Assembly: GCF_004010195.1 (NCBI RefSeq)
Contig: NC_057718.1
Coordinates: forward strand, 25,388,899-25,435,745
Direction of reading: 5' to 3'
DNA: 46,847 bases
Source of the DNA: Chiloscyllium plagiosum
Taxonomy: Eukaryota
Part shown: positions 1-11,510 of the stretch, piece by piece
Position numbering within the stretch: the first letter of the stretch is position 1
Layout: every line of letters begins with the position of its first letter
Made by a program: the position numbers and the translations under genes
Notes under the pieces: model-generated
The model's database searches: none
The model's input: the letters and a program-made list of their open reading frames with translations, nothing else
What the model was told of the DNA's origin: nothing

Positions 1-330
1 TTACTGGTGTGGGTGTGGTGGTGGGGGAATGGGGGTGGAGTCATGAGCAGGGGTAGTGTTCCCCTCGGGGATCTGGGGGGTGGGGATAGTGACGACAGTG
101 GGGTCTGTGGGGGGGCGTGTCAGCAGAATGCAGGTGAGTGGCGCTGGTGGGGGCGGAAGTGGTGGTGACCACGGCAGTAGGGGTGGCGGAGGTCACTGAG
201 CATGTGGCATTAGCGATGATGTGCGGGCGGAAGTGATGTCACATGTGATGCATGAGGAATTGTGAGGAGCGGAAGTGGTTGTGAGAGTGGCCATGATGGG
301 GGCGGAAGTGACATCATCAATCAGCGTGGG
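1..330 (-). mobile_element. Probable Penelope-like retroelement internal fragment (low-complexity Pro/Thr/His-rich region), cut by window edge
   Basis: G-rich, CpG-rich segment with repeated GGCGGAAGTG motif (about 153, 226, 301; variant near 268); resembles shark Penelope-type ORF region from recollection only. Confidence 0.4.
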
Positions 331-344
331 CATCTATTAATTTC

Positions 345-408
345 ACAGGTCAGCACAACATCGAGGGCTGAAGGGCCTCTACTGAGCTGTAATGTTCTAT
401 GCACTATC
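345..408 (+). mobile_element. CR1 LINE 3' tail fragment
   Basis: AGGTCAGCACAACATCGAGGGCTGAAGGGCCTCTACTGAGCTGTAATGTTCTATG closely matches the 3' end of the long CR1 at about 22232-22292. Confidence 0.6.
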
Positions 409-1542
409 CTAACAATAATCCCTGGTCCAGTATTTCATAACTGGGATCATAATACATGTAGCACTGCCATGCTTAGTTCAGCTGCTGAATACCATATAAA
501 TGCAGGGCAACCACTGTATCCATGGAATCGGCTTCCCGGCTTCTGGGATTTCAGTTACCCGCGGTTTGCCCCTGCCCAAAAATATTGCGTGCAACATTCC
601 AGAATCAGGCACCAGGAGGCTGCCGGGGAGGTAAATTTCCCATTTAAATGAATTTAAATAAACTACTATCCGTGGTTTCGGACATCCGCGGTAGGTCTTG
701 GGACATATGCCCCAGGGATATGCAGGGACTACTGTAATTGTAAATAGCCTGAGATGAATCATCTTACTATTTTTCCCATCCTTTATCATGTAAATCTCCC
801 TTCAGATCTCCTGCTTCACCCCATAGTGCCAAACTATTGTATTGTTTTATCTCATTCACTTCTATTGCCTTCACATTCCCCTTGTCTATTCGCCTGCTCC
901 TTTATAATACTCTTCCTTTTATTTCTCTCATTCTCACGTTTTCTCATTCATTTTTTACATTCCAAAACACTTCAACTTGTTAAACTGTTGTACTTGGATT
1001 TCTTGGAGAGTTGGCAACAATGCAAGGACAAGTGAGGAGGGAGGTCTAGGGAGGTCATGACCCCACAGAACGTAACAATGCAGTACAAATACCAATAAAG
1101 GGAAAGTGGGCACTGATGGTCTCTTTGACTCCTGAAAAAATTAATTTGCTGCAATGAGAAAAGTGAACATTTTGTATGATTTTTCTCCTCGATCATTTGC
1201 AGCATTTCCGTGAGATCACTTCATTCCTGAAGACTCCAAGAAAATCTTGAAGGGGTCGCATCTCTAGGTAGAACTGTAGAAAAATTACAGCAGTAAAAGA
1301 GGCCATTTAGCCCATCATATCCACACTGGCTGAATAAACTAGCTGCCTATTCTAATCCCACATTTTATCCCAGTCCAGGTTATAAAAACACTACTGGTTT
1401 CCAATGACAGCTGCATCTGGTATCCAGTACTGGTCAATCACAGGGGTTTCAGCTTAAAGGGGTGAATGTTTCGAATATTGTCTTTCATGTCCAGAAGATA
1501 GTGGCATTGAAACGTTGGAGATCATGATGAATGATTCCAGAG

Positions 1543-2142
1543 CTGATCCTGAAACAATCCATCAAAAAACGTTTCTAAGACCTCGTATTTTTTCCCATAT
1601 TGATATAATCCCATATTGACCTGATATAATCCATCATTGACCCTAACATAATCCAGTTTTAATTCCCATACAATCCAACACAGCCATCCTGATTTAATCC
1701 AGCCCCAATTCAATCCAGCACAAATCCTGATGTAATTCATGAATGAATGATTTATTATTGTCACAAATCCTGATATAATCCAGCATTGATCCTGATGTAA
1801 TTCAGAACAGATGCTGATATAATTCAACAGAGAACCTAACATAATTAGCACAGATCCTGAAATAGTCGGCACCAACCCTCGTAAAACCCAACGCTGATAA
1901 AATAAAAAAAAGAAAGAACTGCGGATGTTGTAAATCAGAAACCAAATCAGAAATTGCTGGAAAAGCTCAGCAGGTCTGGCAACATCTTTGGAGAGAACGT
2001 TTACCCGAATGAACGTTTCGGGTCCAGTGACTCTTCCTCAGAAATGATAAAATCCAGTTTCGACCTAAAATAATCCAGTACCGATCCTGGTGCTTTCAAA
2101 CACTGGTCCTGATATAACCTTTATTGCTCTGGTATAATCCAA
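1543..2142. repeat. Degenerate ~21-bp minisatellite (CCTGATATAATCCA core), interrupted by an insertion at 1904-2044
   Basis: Recurrent TGATATAATCC / CCTGATGTAATTCA / CCTAACATAATCCA units from about 1600 to 1860, resuming at 2045-2142. Confidence 0.7.
1904..2044 (-). mobile_element. Short Penelope-type element (family D) with hammerhead-like core
   Basis: Flanked by 9-bp direct repeat TGATAAAAT (1895-1903, 2045-2053); minus strand reads CTGAGGA-A-GAGTC-ACTG-GACCC-GAA-ACGT-T; homologous to 40574-40745. Confidence 0.65.
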
Positions 2143-2152
2143 TACGAAATTC

Positions 2153-2347
2153 AGAAGGCACACGACATCAGGTTATGGTCCAACAGGTTTATTTGAAATC
2201 ACAACTTTTCGGAGCTCTGCTCCCTCGTCAGGTGAAGCAGCAGTGCTTCGAAAGCTTGCGATTTCAAATAAACCTGTTGGACTATAACCTGTTGTCTTGT
2301 GACTTCTGACCTTGTTCACCGCAGACCAACAATTGCATCTCCATATC
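2153..2347. mobile_element. Palindromic Penelope-type short element (family B)
   Basis: Inverted arms CAGGTTATGGTCCAACAGGTTTATTTGAAATC / GATTTCAAATAAACCTGTTGGACTATAACCTG; near-TSD AATACGAAATTC (2141-2152) / AACACGAAATTC (2348-2359). Confidence 0.75.
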
Positions 2348-2469
2348 AACACGAAATTCGATAAAGGCCAACTGTTCCAATGCTGCACCGAACCTACAGC
2401 GATGCAGATACAACACTTAATGCTTTTAGAAAGAATGAGGGTCTGCAAGTTGTAACTTTTATGTTTGTA

Positions 2470-3018
2470 ACTTGTACACTTCCCTGTGTAACGCTCTCTT
2501 GGTGGCTTCCAAACTATTTCTGGTCACGTGCACGCAGAGGAAAGGATCTTTCTGATCTGACTTGAAGGAGCGGAGAAGGGAGGGATAGAGATTGGACGGG
2601 GTGAGCACATCGGCTGCACACTGAAAAGGGACAGACCCTGGCTGCCAACTCCGCGGGAATGAACAGGTCATAAGGTGAGAACATTCTCCTTCAGTCACTT
2701 CCTGTTTGCTTGGCCCCACAAACTTTCCTGAATCACACTGAAGCTCATTAAGTAACCCAAACTCTTCCCGAGTGCTCGAGGTTTACCGCCGCGTTTTGTT
2801 TCTCGCTTGCTTAAAGTCGGCACACTGCCGAGAGGCTCCCGCTTTGTTTTTCTCTCTCTCCCTTGTCCAACAATGCAGTTGGATTTGTCGCCTTCAGGGA
2901 CTGTTGTGCAGAATAGACCTCCTCTCCACTCCCCCCACCCTTCACAGAAATCAGTCGGCCGGCCCTGTTTCCAATTCTGAAAAGCTGGATATAAAACAGC
3001 AGTGTCCTCAAGGTGGGA
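2470..3018. promoter_or_regulatory. Candidate promoter / first non-coding exon region (possibly of NLRC4)
   Basis: Unique, locally CpG-enriched stretch with E-box CACGTG (2525-2530), ETS-type CACTTCCTG (2696-2704) and a possible donor AAG|GTGGGA at 3013. The link to NLRC4 is inference only. Confidence 0.25.
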
Positions 3019-3171
3019 CCTTCACGAAAATTCTGTGGGAAGGGTGCTCTAGCAGGCTCAGTGCCATATTTATTTATTCATTCATGTGAATTTATGGCCA
3101 GATTTTCCTATGAGCTTGGGTTGTCAGCGTTCACCTCACTTGCAATTGCCTACAAATATTAACCAAGTTAA

Positions 3172-3482
3172 AGGGCGGCACGGTGGCTAGCACTGCTGCC
3201 TCACAGCGCCGTTCAATTCCCGCCTCAGGCGACTGACTGACTGTGGAGTTTGCACGTTCTCCCAGTGTCTGCGTGGGTTTCCTCCGGATGCTCCGGTTTC
3301 CTCCCACAGTCCAAAAGATGTGCAGGTTAGGTGAATTGGCCATGCTAAATTGCCCGTAGTGTTAGGTAAGAGATAAATGTAGGGGTATGGGTGGGTTGCG
3401 CTTCGGCGGGCGGTGTGGACTTGTTGGGCCGAAGGGCCTGTTTCCACACTGTAAGTAATCTAATCTAATTTAATCTAATCTA
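3172..3482 (+). mobile_element. tRNA-derived shark SINE (HE1/V-SINE-like)
   Basis: GGGCGGCACGGTGGCT head, partial B-box GTTCAATTCC, central TGTGGAGTTTGCACGTTCTCCC domain, CR1-like tail GGGCCGAAGGGCCTGTTTCC and (TAATC)n end. Confidence 0.85.
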
Positions 3483-3492
3483 AAAGTTTCAA

Positions 3493-3985
3493 TCATAGAA
3501 TCCCGAATGTGTGGAAGCAGGCCATTTGGCCCAACGAATCCACCGACCCGCCACAGAACATCCTACTCAGATTCATTACCTTATCCTATCACTCTACATT
3601 TCCCCTGACTAATGCACCTAACCTAATTAAAAATTATACAACACCAGGTTATAGTCCAACAGGTTTATTTGGAAGCACTAGCTTTCACTAGGCAGTGCTC
3701 CAAAAGCTAGTGCTTCCAAATAAAGCTGTTGGACAATAGTCTGGTGTTGTGTGATTTTTAACTTTGTCCACCCCAGCATCTCCAAATCATCGCATCTAAC
3801 CTAAACATTCCTGAGCAACTATGAGCAAATTAGCCTAGTTAATTCACCTAACCTGCACACCTTTGGATTGTGGGAGGAAACACACGCAGACACAGGGCGA
3901 TTATGCAACCTTGCCACAGATAGTCATCTGAGGCTGGAATTGAACCCAAGTCCCTGGCACTATGAGGCTGCAGTGCTAACTGCTG
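3493..3985 (-). mobile_element. tRNA-derived SINE (HE1-like), interrupted by a palindromic element
   Basis: Reverse complement of the same SINE head, body and tail; insertion at 3627-3791. Confidence 0.75.
3627..3791. mobile_element. Palindromic Penelope-type short element (family B) nested in a SINE
   Basis: Arms ACAACACCAGGTTATAGTCCAACAGGTTTATTTGGAAGCACTAGC and its reverse complement; near-TSD GCACCTAACCTAA (3614-3626) / GCATCTAACCTAA (3792-3804). Confidence 0.75.
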
Positions 3986-4778
3986 TGCTGCAGAGATTTC
4001 CGGTTGTTGAAATATTGGAACAGGAGTAGACCATTCAGCCCTGCTCCACCATTCTAGATCCTGGCTAGAACCTCTAAGCCATTTTCCAGTGGCTATGCAA
4101 ATATCCTTTGATATCATTAGTATCTAAAAATTACCAATTGCTGCCTTGAACTGAGCCAACTATTGAGTGTGCACAGCCCCCTGGGAATGAGAATTCCAGA
4201 GATTCACTGGCCTCCTCATCTCAGTCTTCAAAGGTTTTCTTTTCATTCTGAGCCAGTTCCCTCTGGTTTTAGAACCCACTTTCCCCATCTAGGGGAAACA
4301 TCCGTGTTGCATGTGTCCTCTCCGGCATTCTGTCAGAACTTTGCAGATTTCAATTAGATCATCTCTCAATCTTGGAACTTCTGAAGAATGTAGGCCCAGT
4401 TTCCACAATCTCTCCTCATAGGAAAATGCTGCCATTCAGCACTACAAACCTCCGAAATATCATTGCTGTCTAATTCTAGCCTCCTGCATGTCGCTGATTT
4501 TAAGTCCTCCACCATTAGTGACTGTGGATTCAGTGCCAGGGCTTTATGCTCTGAATTCCATCCATCACTTTCTTCAGTTCTCCATCTTGCTTTCATCTTT
4601 ACAGCTGCTTTGTTTTTGGTTGTCTGATTGTATATCCCCTCACATGGTTCAGGGTCAAATTCTCTTTGATAATACTCCTGTGAAATGCCTTCAGACATTT
4701 GACGGTCAATGGCACTATATTAGTGTCAAGCTGTTTTTAGTTCCGCAGCAACTCTACAGATATGCAGAAAAGTACCAT

Positions 4779-5110
4779 GGGGCAGCGTGGTGGCTCAGCA
4801 GTTAGCACCAGTGCCAGAGACTTGGGTTCAATTCGAACCTCGGGCGACTGTATGGGGTTTGCACGTTCTCCCCACGTCTGGATGGGTTTGCTCTGGTTTC
4901 CTCCCACAATCCAAAGATGTGCAGGTCAGGTGAATTGGCCATGCTTAATTGCCCATAGTGTTCAGGGATGTGTAGGTTAGGTGCATTAGTCAGTGGTTTA
5001 TTATATTAGGGTAGGGGAATGGGTTTGAGTGGGTTACTCTGGGGGGGTTGGTGTGGACTTGTTGGGTCGAAGGGCCTGTTTCCACACTGTAGGGATTCTT
5101 TTGATTCTAG
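4779..5110 (+). mobile_element. tRNA-derived SINE (HE1-like)
   Basis: A-box-like GGTGGCTCAGCAG, B-box GGTTCAATTCG, same body and tail as 3172-3482. Confidence 0.8.
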
Positions 5111-6286
5111 ATTTAGTCTCTCCAAAGGTCAGCTGGTTGGCAGTTAAGTTAGTTATCTAGGCATTGAAGATGTCTCTCCAAAATTTTCAGCTGACATGAG
5201 GAACTCTTTTATGCCTTTCCAGATCTCCTTGAAGAGGCAGTTTCCAGTTTTAGGATCTCCAGTGTTCCATTGCAGAGTCCTAATATTTAGACTAATATCT
5301 TCCAAGCATCAACCTTTAATTTCTGTTGTGGGAGCCAAGGCAATGATAAAACAATTGTTTAACAGGTTAAAGATGCTCAGTACTGACCTTATATCCAGCT
5401 GCAGAGGACATCAACTTGGTCCAGACCCCACAAAGAGTGCAGTCAGCCTGAGGTGCTCAAGGCCTCCAAAACAGCCTCTATTTTGTAAACAGGGAAGTCT
5501 TAATCATAGATCATCAGCAATGCCACAATTAGCACGCGATCATTGGGTCAATGTTGAGCACCCACGAACCAAGGCTATCGCAGGGATTTCATTCTCTGGG
5601 GTTGTGGCTGCTACGAACTCTGACATAGATTGCTGTCAGCAATATTGACAAGAAGACTCTTTATCATCGTAAAATATCAATTCTGCCAATCCTGGAATTT
5701 CTCCTGAGGTAGGATGAATGAGCTTTCAAACATGAGCGGGCAGAAAGCAATGAAGACACTTTAAAGAATTCTGACTTAGACCATTGAGGCCACAATTGGC
5801 CAGAGGGGTTAGGAGGGTCAGTAGGACTTGATGAGGGATACATTTTTGGGAGTCAATTTTGGATGAGTTGCTAATTAGAGAAAATGGAGAATGGGATGTT
5901 GAACAAGAAAGCTAGTTATCAACAATGAATCCAAATCTGCTGCCCAAAGTGTGTGTCATATGCATTGTTTGAAAGTGGACCTACATGCCATGGACTTGAA
6001 TTCACAACATGTGGCAGTATTCTGGTTGGCTAACTTTCCCAGGGTATCATTGATGGAGCTCAGCAAGGTATAAGAGGCCCTTTAATTGATACAGCACCAT
6101 ATGTGAATAGAAAGCAACATCATGAGATCAGTGTTCAAACTGTTAGTGATCATGAGCTACACCACCTAAGTTTCAATTCATTTCCATTCCATATCTTAGA
6201 GTGTTTTCAATCTAAGGCATTCTAGTGTGCTAAAGCGAGTGAATTACATGGATCAATTAAATAAACACGCACTTCCTTGAAATAGA

Positions 6287-6925
6287 AAGTGGCAACATTG
6301 GTGGATCAGGTGATCAAGAAGGCATATAGCACACTTGCCTTCATCGTACGGGGTATTGAATATCAAAGTTGGCAAGTTAAGTTACAGCTGTACAAAATTT
6401 TAGTTTGGTTACATTTGGAATTTTTCATACAGTTCTGGTTGCTACACTATCAGAAGGTTGTGGATACTTTGGAGAGAGTGCCGAGAAGATTTACCAGGAT
6501 GTTCCCTGGTCTGGAGGGTTTCAGTTATGAGGAGAGGTTTTCACTGGTATAACAGAGGCTGTGGGGCGACCTGACGCAGATTTACAATAGATCAGGTGTA
6601 CAGTCAGAGGCTTTTTCCCAGGGCAGAAGGGTCAACTACAAGAGGGGACAGATTCAAGGGGAGAGGAAGAATGTTTAGGGGAGAAATAGAGGGAACGATT
6701 CTTCACACAGAGGGTGGTGGCTACCTGGAATTCATTGCTAGTGGAGGTGGTGGAAGGAGGCATGTTAGCTATGTTTAAGACGTATCTTAATAAACACATG
6801 AACTGGAAGTGTACAGAGGGATAGAAACCATGTATGGGCAATAAATAACAAGTCTAAATAAGGAATAGGAATTGGTACAGGCTTGGTGGGTCGAAGGACC
6901 TGTTCCTGTGCTGTACTGTATTGTA
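6287..6925 (+). mobile_element. CR1 LINE 3' fragment (ORF2 C-terminus plus 3' UTR)
   Basis: Translation VIKKAYSTLAFIVRGIEYQS...LERVPRRFTRMFPGLEGFSYEER is typical CR1 ORF2 C-terminus; ends in (CTGTA)-like tail. Confidence 0.85.
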
Positions 6926-8137
6926 TCATAGAAGGTTATGAAGTGATCTAATTAAGATTTTAAGGTGATTAAAGGATTTGATTAAGGATAGAGACAAACT
7001 ATTGACTGTGATGCAAAGTCTGGAACATTGGTCATTAGCTTAAAATTTGACTTTGGGTATTGATTGATGATATCAGAAAGCATTTTGTCACACAAAGGGT
7101 AATACAATTCTGGTTCTCCTTCCCCATTGAAAAAAATGCTTTTGAAGCTTGGTCAATTGAAAATCCCTGAAATGAAATTGATGGTTCTTTGATAGGGCTA
7201 TTAAGGATTGCAGAGTTAAGGCAAATAGAGTTCAGATAAAGATCACCCTTGTTCCAATTGAATGGCAGAACAGGCTTGAGGTTCTGAATGACTTATTCCT
7301 TTACCTATATTCCTAACCACATTTCAGAATCCTGCCTATACATCTGACTATTTCTAAGGGCCAAGTATGCCCATCATCAGCACTTATTGGTGGCTTTCAT
7401 GCATTTTTGCAACACAACACTGAAGAAAGTGATCCTAACTCTTGTTCAAATGCAGAATTTATTTAGAATATCTTAGTTAACTCAGATTGTTCACATCCAA
7501 TGCATCTCTGTCCTTCTCTCCCAGTGTTTTACACAAGTTTGCTATCTCCTGTTTTCAGACCCCCTGTTGCCACATTGATTGAGATCAGCTAACTGAATAG
7601 AGACCAATAATTAAATGTGGAAGTTTACAGACTGTTTCACTAGACTGTGTGCAGGGTGCCTGTCAATATTGTAAAGCCTGGGAAAGTCATGAACTTTGTA
7701 AATGTAAACTTTGGAGTTTTTTTCTGAAAATGTGTACAAAGCCATTGACAAGGCATGGACTTTTATAAAGACTTTATATGATTTTATATGAATTTTCTGA
7801 CTGTGGGTCAAGTATCTACCTTTTCAATGTTTTTCCAGTGTTTGCAACCCTGTAACTGTTTGCTTTATTTCACAGTGTCTGTTAATTTAGTACAAGATTT
7901 CCTTCTCCATTTGACTGAACCCACCTGTAGCCATCTCCAATGAGCTGTCTTTGAGATTTCCAAACAACAGTCAAAGGCTAGATTCGCCAGTCTCTTCTCT
8001 CTTGTTTGTGTCATGTGAAAGAGATGTGCTCATATGTTGGTTTCAGTTGCTGATTTTTGTGAAGATGGAAGGCTCATTGGAGAATTAAGCATATGCTTTC
8101 TTCAGAATCAAAGAGTGGTAAACAAGGTTACACATAG

Positions 8138-8326
8138 GGTGTAAGTTTGCTCGCTGAGCTGTAGCTTAAAAATGTATTGCTGGAAAAGCGCAGCAGGTCA
8201 GGCAGCATCAAAGGAACAGGAGAATCGACGTTTCGGGCATAAGCCCTTCTTCGCTGAGCTGTAGGTTTGATATCCAGACGTTTCATTACCTGGCTAGGTA
8301 ACATCATCAGTGGCGACCTCCAAGTG
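8138..8326 (-). mobile_element. Short Penelope-type element (family C) with a family A fragment nested at 8165-8250
   Basis: Outer perfect 14-bp TSD AAGGTTACACATAG (8124-8137, 8327-8340); inner perfect 14-bp TSD TCGCTGAGCTGTAG (8151-8164, 8251-8264). Confidence 0.8.
8274..8313 (-). ncRNA. Minimal type I hammerhead ribozyme motif
   Basis: Minus strand CCA-CTGATGA-T-GTTACCT-AGCC-AGGTAAT-GAA-ACGT-C-TGG: stem I CCA/TGG, intact CUGAUGA and GAAA cores, 7-bp stem II, palindromic ACGU stem III, GUC cleavage triplet. Confidence 0.7.
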
Positions 8327-10764
8327 AAGGTTACACATAGCGGAACTAATACCTGGTGCAGGAGATGGTGTCTGAAATGATGCTGCATGTCTGTAGTCAA
8401 AACTCACTTGCTCTGATATTTAACAGGGAACCCACTGAAACTTTGTTGATCAACATGGATGGTACCCTGACTTAACACTCAAAAGTTAAGGTGTTTGTGA
8501 ATTTTATCAATTGTTAGCCTTTATTAATTATTTTCTGATTCACTTTTATAACTTCTAACTTCATGACTCTTTTGTGTAGATGTGAAGAAACAGAAGGTAG
8601 AGAAATTCTTAAAAGTAGGCACTTGCAGCACATACATATCGTGCATAATGGATTCTGGGCATCTTGCTTCTGGTTGACAATTGGAAGAGATTTTCCACAG
8701 CATCTGCAGTCAGTTTGAAGAATTTCCTGTCAGGCTGAAGACAATCAACCAATCACAAATTCATTAGAATTCCTTTCATAATATAGGCAGAGGCATTTTG
8801 AAATATCAGTGGTCATACAGCAAGTATGGTGAGGCCGCCAAAAATGGGGGAATTACCAAACCAAATATGAAGGAGTATGAACCAGTATGTGAAGAAACCA
8901 AGACCATAAGATGCAAGAGCATAAGCAGGCCATTCAACCCATTGAATCTGCTCTACTGTTCAACTAGATCACGGCTAATTCGATCATTCTCACCCTTACC
9001 AATTAAATATCTATCTATCTCAGCCCACAAAGTATGAAAGGATCCTCTGTTATAAGGAAAGAGAAAATTTTTCATCTCTGTCACAAGTGAATTCGGGCCC
9101 TTTAATGTATCGGATTGATGTCCCAACGAGTCCACTTCTCTTCCAAAGTAAGGAAGAACCGGAGGACATCATGAAAGAGAATATATTTCCTGATACAAAT
9201 ACAGCTGTAACACTGAACAGAATCAATGTCATGAAGAAGAACGGCCTCACAAAAATCTCAAAAGTGGAAATGGGATTTGATGTCAAGAGCTTGTTATCTT
9301 CTATGAAAAGACAGAAAAAAAATTGAGTCACAGAGATATACTACAGTTTAAGCAGGAAGGTTAGGCAATCCCTCATAAGCGTATGTAAGATATTACTGGG
9401 GAACAAGTATTCACCCAACTATTATCCTCAGGTCCACACACCAACTGGGTTAAATCCTGTCCCTGCTTGCATTTCAGCCACTGCATTTAACATGTTTGAA
9501 GTTGCCTATGGATGCCAGCCATGTCGATGTTCATCATTATGACATGATCTTTAAGGAGTTCCTGCAGCCAGTGGGCAACTACAGAAGTGAGGCAGGGCCA
9601 CTCAATTTGTACCTTTCAGCAGGCATGCTGACAGGACATCTTCTACTTTGCATTGAAAGGAGAGTAAAAAATACTAGCATTTATGATCTGCAATAGATTT
9701 GTTCTTTTCCATACCACGTTGCCAGGCATCAGTGGAGTGAACATTCTCAAAAAACATAGATTGAAAGTGACTAAGAACTATATTATCTGCAATGTAATAG
9801 CCACTAGAGAGTTTTGAACATAGCTGGTAATGCAAGCCAGCAATAGGAAGCCCACATGAAAGAAGAAGCTGCCAAGTAAAAGGAGAAAAATACGAAGTAG
9901 TTGGCGAGGGAAGTGCATTGTTCAAAAAAAGCTTCAAATCACACAGATATTACAATATACCATAGATGATAAAACAGAAGTTGCATAATGTACCAGTGAC
10001 CTAACTCTGCGTGCCAAATCCAATGCAGTAAGGCACCATTTGAAGAAAAAAAGTGAAGTTTTGCAGAACCTTGAACTGCAGTTTGCACAGGAAGTGGAAA
10101 AACATACGCAGAAGTGGAAATGCATAATTTCAAAACCACTGCGATGTTGAAAAGCAGATTGCTTATATGATCAAGGAAATAAATGTAATTGTTTTTGGGG
10201 GGCTGGGCTAGTACCGTTTTTTAAAAATTTTATTTTAAAAGCCAATGGTCCCATAACCACTTTCACGGAACTCAAAATCTTTGTAAAACCTGATAGTTTT
10301 CTGAGTAACTGAGGTTATTGGTTATAGACATACAATGCTTATATAAAGTTTCAAATACAGAACAGCTTTATTCTATTGGAAAGAAAAAAGACAGTCATCA
10401 AATACTTTAATTTGGTAATGGAAATTTTATGGAATTTTATTTTATGAAAGATTTTGTGCAGGTTGCATAATATGTCCTTATATCGCTCTGTGTTACTTTT
10501 GTTTATCTTAGAAGATTTTACTACAATAAAAGCACTATATTAATGCAAATATAAATAATTCTTCTTGTTTCCATTATGACTTAACAGTGCATTCACCAAC
10601 TGAGCTATCTCGAGAGCCTAGTGGAGTTTGTTGTTAGGACTGATGAAGATTCTGAAACTCCAACATTATAATTCAAGAATTAAACATTCCAATGCATTTG
10701 ATAGTTGGTTAAGAATCAGTTGCGTTGTGATACTTTCAAGCTTACATATTGTCTTATTTTTCAG

Positions 10765-10828
10765 ATACAGCTCTTCTGTCATGACATCATCAACTTATCA
10801 ATAGGTCTTCAGTGACTAAGAGAGACCA
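10765..10828 (+). CDS. NLRC4: NLRC4 5' UTR exon contributing only the A of the ATG (nt 10828)
   Basis: Acceptor GTCTTATTTTTCAG (AG 10763-10764), donor A|GTAAGT (10829-10834); splicing to 13527 gives GAGACC-ATG-G, a strong Kozak context. Confidence 0.7.
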
Positions 10829-11029
10829 GTAAGTACTTGTATGCAATGTATCATTCTGACATTAGCTGTAAGGACATCCATTTTTTCAGCTCTGTGCTCA
10901 TCGCTCTTTATGTCCACAATCGTCTTCTCAGAAGATCCCAGAATTAGGAGACCATATTTTGTGTTGCTTCCCATTAATGCCTTACTGTAGATGAAAGGCA
11001 AAACATAATGTGGGTTGGAGTGCTTCTGA

Positions 11030-11462
11030 AGAAGCATAAAGCAATCAGGTTAGTAAGGCACTGAACTCCCTTTAATATAGTAATGAGGGCTGTCGGACTC
11101 CTATGCCTTTTTAGATTCAGAGTACCTCCTTTATATCTGATTTGGGTGGGATTCCGTCTTTCCAGTGGGAGAGTAAAGGACCAGATGGCAGAATCTCAGA
11201 ATAAGGGATCACCTATTAAAAATAGAGATGAGGAGGAACTTTATTTTCTCAAAAAGCAGTGAATCTATGGAATTCTTTAGGGCAGAGGGCTGTTGAGGCT
11301 GGGTTGTTAAGTTGGAAGTAGACAGATTTTAATCAGTAAAGGAATCGAGAGTTGTAGGGAAAAGGCAGGAAAGTGGTGCAGAGGATAATCAGATCAGACA
11401 TGACCTCACTGAATGTCAGAGCAGGCTTGATGGGCTGAATGGCCTACTTCTGCTCTTACATC
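11030..11462 (+). mobile_element. Old CR1 LINE 3' fragment
   Basis: GAGATGAGGAGGAACTTT...GTGAATCTATGGAATTCTTT...GGGCTGAATGGCCTACTTCTGCTC, typical CR1 end. Confidence 0.6.
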
Positions 11463-11510
11463 TTAAAGGTTCAGCTTTATGCGATTCTCCGCTCTAACAC
11501 TTCAGACGGT

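Larger units (their letters stand above)
7900..10150 (+). pseudogene. Decayed hAT-superfamily transposase fossil, interrupted by younger insertions
   Basis: Collinear broken motifs: INMDG (~8449-8463), LKVGTCS/HIVHNGF CxxH-like (~8608-8655), G*QLEEIFHSICSQFEEFPVR, KDPLL*GKRKFFISV (~9038), QASVE*TFSKN hATC-like motif (~9723-9755), AKSNAVRHHLKKK (~10013). 5' boundary is approximate. Confidence 0.65.

Noticed and set aside
1543..1900. CRISPR-like repeat array
   Set aside because: Eukaryotic context, degenerate units, no unique 30-40 bp spacers, no cas genes.
3172..3240. tRNA-like sequences at SINE heads (also 4779, 19713, 38050-38117, 45162)
   Set aside because: Only A/B-box remnants attached to SINE bodies; no complete cloverleaf.
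5196..5648. 150-aa ORF and possible minus-strand coding remnant
   Set aside because: No recognisable motif or convincing splice context on either strand.
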